Positions 58,173 through 64,000 of a stretch of DNA of 64,000 bases are shown piece after piece. The DNA is from Armatimonadota bacterium (GTDB lineage Bacteria > Armatimonadota > HRBIN16). A program made the position numbers and the translations under genes. Below the pieces are notes generated by a model, which saw only the letters and a program-made list of their open reading frames with translations, ran no database searches and was not told the origin of the DNA. The DNA is taken from positions 1,792,001 to 1,856,000 of the forward strand of contig OY781964.1 in the NCBI GenBank assembly GCA_963677485.1, written 5' to 3'. Each line of letters starts with the position of its first letter. Position 1 is the stretch's first letter.

Positions 58173-59069
58173 ATGGGAAATCTACTAGACGTACGTATCG
58201 GAACGCTTGTCAATGTCAGCTCAGGCGTTAAACAATACATCGACAAAATCAAAGGCCATGGCTTTGAAAGCTACAGCCTGACTTTCGGCGACCGCGTGGA
58301 CGAAAGCGCACTGCCGAAGAACATTGAAGAGGCCCTGGAAGCCAGCAGCTCCACCGGAGCCGTCATCAGCAGCGTGAGCTGCTTCGGCAACCCGCTGGCC
58401 GACGACGAATCCGCTGCAAAAACCCGCGAAGGGTTCGCGATTTTGATCAAGAACGCCAGCAAGTTCGGCTGCAACATCGTCTCCGGATTTGCCGGACGCG
58501 TGCCAGGCTGTCCTCTTCCTGACAGCTACCCCCGCTTCCTGGAGGTTTTCAAGCCTCTCGTCAAGCTGGCGGAAGACCACGGTGTGCGTATCGCCTTCGA
58601 GAACTGCGACATGGGCGGACGCTGGGAAAGCGGAAGCTGGAACATCGCTCAGACCCCCGTGGTGTGGGACTGGATGTTCAACGAAATCCCATCCGACAGC
58701 CTCGGCCTGCAATGGGAACCCTGCCATCAAATGGTGAAGCTGATTGACCCCATCCCCCAACTACGCAAATACGTAGGCAAGGTCTACAACGTACATGGCA
58801 AGGACGCCACAGTGATGTGGGACGTGGTTCGTGAGCATGGCGTATACGGCAGCCACCAGTTTGCCTACCACCGAACCCCTGGGTTTGGCGATACCAACTG
58901 GGCAGACGTGGTCACCATCCTTCGCCTGAATGGGTATGTGGGCAGCATCGACATCGAGGGCTGGCACGACCCTGTGTACAACCAGACCCTGGAGATGACT
59001 TCGCAGGTCTACGGCTTGAACTACCTGAAAGCCTGCCGCGGCGGGGCTGTTCAGATCGCCAACCCATAG
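58173..59069 (+). CDS. sugar phosphate isomerase/epimerase
   Basis: IAFENC, WEPCHQ, VHGKD, PGFGDTNW, IDIEG. Confidence 0.88.
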   Translation: MGNLLDVRIGTLVNVSSGVKQYIDKIKGHGFESYSLTFGDRVDESALPKNIEEALEASSSTGAVISSVSCFGNPLADDESAAKTREGFAILIKNASKFGCNIVSGFAGRVPGCPLPDSYPRFLEVFKPLVKLAEDHGVRIAFENCDMGGRWESGSWNIAQTPVVWDWMFNEIPSDSLGLQWEPCHQMVKLIDPIPQLRKYVGKVYNVHGKDATVMWDVVREHGVYGSHQFAYHRTPGFGDTNWADVVTILRLNGYVGSIDIEGWHDPVYNQTLEMTSQVYGLNYLKACRGGAVQIANP

Positions 59070-59140
59070 GATCATCGGACATCTGGGGCGGTCGCCAGGC
59101 CGCCCCCACATACGGCAAATGTCTGCCGTGAGGTGCCATC

Positions 59141-60106
59141 ATGACCACCATCGTGGAAAAACTGTTAGGGTGTCAGGAACCATCCATCCGCTACAAAATC
59201 CGCACAAAGCTGCAGGACGAAGATCCCCACTCGCCGGGAATCATCGCGCTTCGCGAAGAGATCAGACACTCCCCTCGGGTAGATGCACTGCTCCATCCGC
59301 CGGAACGGATGTCTGGCATCGCTCAGCATGTCTACCGCAAATTCGCCGGTGCACACTGGGTGCTGGCCTCGCTGGCCGACATCGGCACCCCGCCTGGTGA
59401 CCCGCGAATCGCCCCGCTGGCGGAGCTGGTATACGCCTGCTGGCTTCATCCGCGGCATGTGCAGTGCCTGCTTGTGCTTGATGGCCGTGTTCGGAAATGC
59501 GCCTCGCAGGAAGGGAATGCCATCTACTCGTTGATCACGCTGGGTTTTAGCGATCAGCGGATTGAGCAGCTCGCCGATATCTTGATGAAAACCCAGTGGC
59601 CAGATGGCGGCTGGAACTGTGACAGGCGTCCTCAGGCGTGCCACTCATCGTTTTGGGAAAGCCTGCTGCCCTTGCGCGGGCTCTCGTTGTATGCCCGCAT
59701 CTCCGGCAACCCCAAGGCACGCGAGGCCTCAGAACGGACGGCGGAGCTGTTTCTAAAGCGGCACCTGTTCCGCAGGCTGCGCGATGGGGCGGTGATGAAC
59801 AACGAGTTCACATCGCTGCACTATCCTTGTTACTGGCACTACGACATCCTGGCAGGGCTGAAAGTGATGTCAGAAGCCGGCTTCCTCTCAGACCCCCGCT
59901 GCAATGATGCCTTGGACCTGCTGGAGTCCAAACGACTGCCCGAGGACGGCTGGGCGGCCGAAGGGAAATACTACCGGATGTCGAAAACGCCCACCGGCTC
60001 CGGAGGCTGCGAACTCGTCAGTTGGGGTGTCAGCGGCAAAACACGCATGAACGAGTGGGTCACGGCCGATGCACTAGCCGTGCTGCACGCCGCCGGGCGG
60101 GTGTAG
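59141..60106 (+). CDS. hypothetical protein with prenyltransferase/cyclase-like QW repeat
   Basis: QWPDGGWNC; HYPCYWHYDIL.GL. Confidence 0.6.
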   Translation: MTTIVEKLLGCQEPSIRYKIRTKLQDEDPHSPGIIALREEIRHSPRVDALLHPPERMSGIAQHVYRKFAGAHWVLASLADIGTPPGDPRIAPLAELVYACWLHPRHVQCLLVLDGRVRKCASQEGNAIYSLITLGFSDQRIEQLADILMKTQWPDGGWNCDRRPQACHSSFWESLLPLRGLSLYARISGNPKAREASERTAELFLKRHLFRRLRDGAVMNNEFTSLHYPCYWHYDILAGLKVMSEAGFLSDPRCNDALDLLESKRLPEDGWAAEGKYYRMSKTPTGSGGCELVSWGVSGKTRMNEWVTADALAVLHAAGRV

Positions 60107-60148
60107 ACAACAGGCTGTAACGCAAGCTGCTAGCGACGAATATTGTAT

Positions 60149-60382
60149 GGCCAGTAGGTCACCGATTCCGCGACATAAATGTCTCGGCTATTGAACACCA
60201 AGACTGCTGAAGCAGTCTTCATTAACGTTATCTTTGTCGGCAAGGAGCTCCACAGCCCGGTTTAGCGGGCTTGTTGATCAGTAGCCGAGACATTTATGTC
60301 GCGGCACATGGTCGATACGATCCCAACTGGATTTGTGGGTAAAAGACTGACATTTGTGTCGCGGAATCAGCGATCTACTGGC
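60149..60382. repeat. palindromic MITE-like element
   Basis: CCGCGACATAAATGTCTCGGCTA / TAGCCGAGACATTTATGTCGCGG inverted pair plus an outer degenerate arm. Confidence 0.75.
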
Positions 60383-60491
60383 TCTGCGGCCAATAAACTG
60401 AGCTGCACCGCGGAGGCTGCACAGGCAGGTATACTGACATCACTTACTGAAATACCAAATAGAGGTAAACAACTGCTGGGAGGTATGATCA

Positions 60492-61232
60492 TTGGCTGAA
60501 AAGATGCTTCCGCATTCGCTGGAGATGCTTCGCAAGTTCTGGGACAAGATAAAAGTGCCCACAGAGCCCTTCAACCCGAATGGCACATGGGTCAACACGT
60601 ATAGATGCCAGCTCATGACCAACGAGAAGGTCAGTTCCTGGAACGCAGCATCGCTGCGCATCCAGCGGAGAGGCTTGCCAGACGGCATCCAACTGAATGT
60701 CACGCAGACAAAGCCCATCACCGGCCCCAAGACCAACCTCACCCACGCCAGCATCGAGTGCCAGCCCGATACGCTGACCACCCCGCGGAAATGGCAGGTG
60801 GGGTCAGTCATCATGGACCACACCTCCAAACCGATGGACTACACCCGATACAACTTTACTGGCCAGGCCGAAGGCTCAGTGGTAAAGCTGATTCCGGGCA
60901 CCAGAAAGATGCAGATGGGCAAGCGGTATAGCAGCAACTGGTCGCTGTTCGACGCCGTGCAACGGCTGCCGTTTGGCGGTAAGGCTATTGAGTTCGACAT
61001 GCTCGAAGAGCTTCAAAAACCCAGACGGGGGCACAAAATCCAGTATTCCGGCTCGCTGGAGCTGACACTGGGAGGGAAACCCACACGGCTTCATGGCTTT
61101 GTGCATACAGGGCAGGGCATCTGGGATGGCGCCTATTTCCTGGACGATAACCACAGACTGCTGATCGCCTCAGTGGGATTGATGGAGTATTTCTATGACC
61201 CGCAGGCCAAGCTGGTGGAGGAAAGACGATGA
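60492..61232 (+). CDS. hypothetical protein
   Basis: 246-aa ORF with GGAGG RBS, coupled (ATGA) to the sulfatase. Confidence 0.65.
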   Translation: MAEKMLPHSLEMLRKFWDKIKVPTEPFNPNGTWVNTYRCQLMTNEKVSSWNAASLRIQRRGLPDGIQLNVTQTKPITGPKTNLTHASIECQPDTLTTPRKWQVGSVIMDHTSKPMDYTRYNFTGQAEGSVVKLIPGTRKMQMGKRYSSNWSLFDAVQRLPFGGKAIEFDMLEELQKPRRGHKIQYSGSLELTLGGKPTRLHGFVHTGQGIWDGAYFLDDNHRLLIASVGLMEYFYDPQAKLVEERR

Positions 61233-62584
61233 GCAAATCTGGTTTAACCCGTCGCGATTTTATCAAGGGGGCGGCCGTGAGCACCGCAGCCTATGCGTTG
61301 ACTCAGAACCAGCCGTCTACCTCCGCAGCCGCCAGAGCTAAATCCAATCGCCCAAACCTGATCTTTATGCACACGGACCAGCAGCACTTTCAGGCGATAT
61401 CGGGGCAAGGCTGCAAGGATCTGCATACGCCGAATATGGACAGGCTGATGAAACACGGGGTCACTTTCGCTGATTCCTATTCAGCCAACCCCGTCTGCTG
61501 TCCGGAGCGGGCTTGCTGGTATACCGGCCGTTGTTCGTCTGAGAACGGCATGTTAAGCAATAACCATACCCTTAATACAGAAATGCCTGACCTGGGCCAG
61601 TGGTTCGGTGCCAACAGCTATGAGTGCTTCTATTCCGGTAAGTGGCACGTGCCGGGACGGGACCCGAACACCAGCTTCAACTGCCTCACCGCCAATACCT
61701 CCGGTCAGGGACAGCACCAGGATTCGATCGTCGCCCAAACCGCGCAGAGTCTGCTGCAAAGCTACAGCGGAGAGAAGCCATTCTTCCTCTCGCTGGGGTT
61801 CCTGCAGCCGCACGACTGCTGCTATTGGGCGTTCACGCACAAGACGGTTCCCGACCAACTGCCATTCCCGCTCACCGACCGCGATCTGCCCAAACTGCCC
61901 ATGAACTATGCGCATACCCAGCGTCAGCCCAAAGTGGTGGACGCCCACTTCAAGGGTGTCTCCAACATGACTAAAGGCTGGACCGACATGCACTGGCGGC
62001 TGTATATGCATGACTACTACCGCATGGTGGAGGAGGTGGACGCTGAGATCGGGCGGGTGCTCGACGCGCTGGAGGGCTCCAGGTTCGCATCGAACACGGT
62101 GGTGGTATTAACTGCCGACCACGGTGACGGTCTTGCCAGACGCAAGCTGTTGCAGAAATGGTGGCTGTATGATGAGGCGGTGCGAGTGCCGATGGTCATT
62201 TATGCCCCTGGGGCGACTGATGTGCGCATCGACCGCTCGCACGTGGTCTCTGGCCTGGATGTCGCGCCCACTCTATGCGACTACGCCGGCATTCCCTGTA
62301 TCCCCAAAGCGCGCGGGCGAAGTCTGAAACCGCTGGTCGAAGGCCGTCCCACGGAGTGGCGCGAGTTCGTAGTCAGCGACGCCAACATCACCGGCCGGAT
62401 GGTGCGCACGCCCGAATACAAGTTCATCGCCTACAAGAATGACCCCGTGGTGCAGCTGTTTGACATGCGCCACGACCCCTGGGAGATGACCAACCTGGCC
62501 GACGAGGCCAAACACGCCGACACCGTGGCCTCCCTGCAGAGGGCGCTGAAGGACTGGGAGAGCCATCTTGAGGTGGCGGGGTAG
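61229..62584 (+). CDS. Tat-exported sulfatase (Cys-type)
   Basis: TRRDFIK Tat motif; PNLIF..TDQ; CCPER (CxPxR); GKWH; TADHG. Confidence 0.93.
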   Translation: MSKSGLTRRDFIKGAAVSTAAYALTQNQPSTSAAARAKSNRPNLIFMHTDQQHFQAISGQGCKDLHTPNMDRLMKHGVTFADSYSANPVCCPERACWYTGRCSSENGMLSNNHTLNTEMPDLGQWFGANSYECFYSGKWHVPGRDPNTSFNCLTANTSGQGQHQDSIVAQTAQSLLQSYSGEKPFFLSLGFLQPHDCCYWAFTHKTVPDQLPFPLTDRDLPKLPMNYAHTQRQPKVVDAHFKGVSNMTKGWTDMHWRLYMHDYYRMVEEVDAEIGRVLDALEGSRFASNTVVVLTADHGDGLARRKLLQKWWLYDEAVRVPMVIYAPGATDVRIDRSHVVSGLDVAPTLCDYAGIPCIPKARGRSLKPLVEGRPTEWREFVVSDANITGRMVRTPEYKFIAYKNDPVVQLFDMRHDPWEMTNLADEAKHADTVASLQRALKDWESHLEVAG

Positions 62585-62589
62585 CAAGT

Positions 62590-63180
62590 ATGACGCGGAT
62601 GGATCAGACGGGATTCAACGCAAAGACGCCAAGAGGCAAAGACGCAAAGGTCTATGACCGCGCCACGTAGTAGGCCTGCACCGCGCCTTTTCCGCATTCC
62701 ATTGCGTCCTTTGCCCCTCTGCGCCTTTGCGTTGAGTTCCCGGTATTTGTGTTCATTCGCGTCCATTCGTGGTTAAGACAATCTGCGTCATCTGTGTCAT
62801 CTCTGGATAAATATCTCCTTTGCGTTGAGTTCCGGCAATCCGCGTTCATCTGTGTCCATTCGTCTCTATCGGTGTTTATACGTGGTTAAGAAAATGCCTC
62901 TTCTACCCTTCGTGCCGATCGCCGCACACCTTGGAGAAAGACCGGCGCGGTCTTGGGCCATCAGTAACCGCTAGCTTACCGCCAGACCGCCCCGGACATA
63001 GCCAATTGGGCTGCGGCGGCCACCATTAATCTGCGTCATCTGTGTAATCTGTGGATATAAATTACCCTTGCGTCATTTGCCCCACTGCGCCTTTGCGTTG
63101 AGTTCCCGGTATTTGTGTTCATTCGCGTCCATTCGTGGTTAAGACAATCTGCGTCATCTGTGTAATCTGTGGATTATTTC
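62590..63180. repeat. mosaic of palindromic element arms containing a ~105-bp direct duplication
   Basis: About 62702-62810 repeats at about 63068-63176; includes a half copy of the 167-bp family near 62938-63005. Confidence 0.8.
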
Positions 63181-63377
63181 TCCTTTACGTTTCGTTCCGT
63201 ACGGCCGTCAGCGCCGCCCACGAGTATCAGGTATAACCTGGGTTCACGCCGGTTCACGATGCCCTGCATGGACGTGACCAGATGGGTTTCATCCCAAATG
63301 CGCCGGAGCTGCCGGGCATTATCACGCGGCTGCGACACGGTATGCGTTAAGTCATATATATAGAGCGGTTTTGGCAC
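63174..63377 (-). pseudogene. truncated N-terminal fragment of a GxGYxYP-type protein
   Basis: SMQGIVNRREPRLYL resembles that family's N-domain; has an RBS but stops at the repeat mosaic. Confidence 0.45.
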
Positions 63378-63395
63378 TACTGCCCTCCTGCGGTA

Positions 63396-63698
63396 TTACT
63401 GGTTGTAGTCCTGTCGCCGTCTCATTTCGGCCAGCTCCTTGCGCAACTGACGCACCTCTTCGGCCAGGGCCTTTATTTCAACTATAGAGGCCGCATAATC
63501 GTCCGCGTGCAGTATCTGGTCGTTCATCTCATTTTGACGGAAGTTGGCATCTACCTGAAAGCGGTTCTCCTGTAGTCGGAGTTCGCGGTTTTTGACCGAC
63601 CAGCCACGGGATATGGCCAGAATCGCGATGATGATTCCGCCGATGACTGGAACTCCGAATATCAAGAATATCGCCAACTCAGCAATACTCATGACCAT
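63396..63698 (-). CDS. small membrane protein with coiled coil
   Basis: Hydrophobic N-terminus, AGGAGG RBS. Confidence 0.65.
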   Translation of the reverse strand: MVMSIAELAIFLIFGVPVIGGIIIAILAISRGWSVKNRELRLQENRFQVDANFRQNEMNDQILHADDYAASIVEIKALAEEVRQLRKELAEMRRRQDYNQ

Positions 63699-63730
63699 TT
63701 TTCACCTCCTGTATTTTGTAGGCAACTAGA

Positions 63731-63898
63731 TTGGCTATGTCCGGGGCGGTCTGTCAGTACGCCTGCGGAGACTACTGTCTATAGACCGTGCCGGTCTTGT
63801 TCCTGACACAAATCTATCATGGCTAACCGCCAGACCGGCGCGGTCTCGAGCCTTCTGCATCCGCTAGCCTACGCACAGACCGCCCCGGACATAGCCAA
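63731..63898. mobile_element. 168-bp MITE-like element, same family as the 44971-45827 array
   Basis: Perfect 24-bp terminal inverted repeats TTGGCTATGTCCGGGGCGGTCTGT; inner GACCGTGCCGGTCT/AGACCGGCGCGGTC. Confidence 0.8.
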
Positions 63899-64000
63899 CG
63901 ATTACATGTAACAATGAGCGAGCGGCCCTTCGCACCTAACTGTTTATATCTGCAGCTCAGGCCAGTATCGCAAGATCAGATCCACGCTCTTTTGGACACC

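Noticed and set aside
1-64000. tRNA or rRNA genes, integrase, att site
   Set aside because: None recognisable by eye; a tRNAscan or Infernal run would be needed to exclude them.

Overview
Positions 1 to about 18,950 are an HK97-type cos prophage on the minus strand that runs off the left edge. It carries replication genes (initiator with internal iterons, helicase loader, annealing protein, VRR-NUC, Dam-like methylase), HNH-cos-terS-terL, portal, protease and capsid, two fibre/decoration-like genes, and lysis genes interleaved with neck genes. A low-GC accessory hotspot lies between terL and portal. It is built from two stacked cassettes, each made of a terL 3' end, a small KTSC-like gene and a cargo gene. 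The cargo genes are a nucleoside-deoxyribosyltransferase-like effector and a pentapeptide-repeat K+ channel. A 205-bp pentamer array lies between the putative cos site and terS. On the right the prophage ends abruptly, head-to-head with recA, with no repressor or integrase. The rest is host chromosome, probably Armatimonadota (inferred from a dockerin-like protein). It contains a metal-uptake operon led by a DUF2946-like CxxC/RAPP leader ORF, TPR-nadK-recN, three tandem secreted fibre-like paralogs behind a dockerin-type partner, and carbohydrate-utilisation genes (GH29, two NPCBM paralogs, AraC, sulfatase). Many palindromic REP/MITE-like elements are present, including a 5 x ~167-bp tandem array. 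All family calls come from motif recognition by eye, not database searches.
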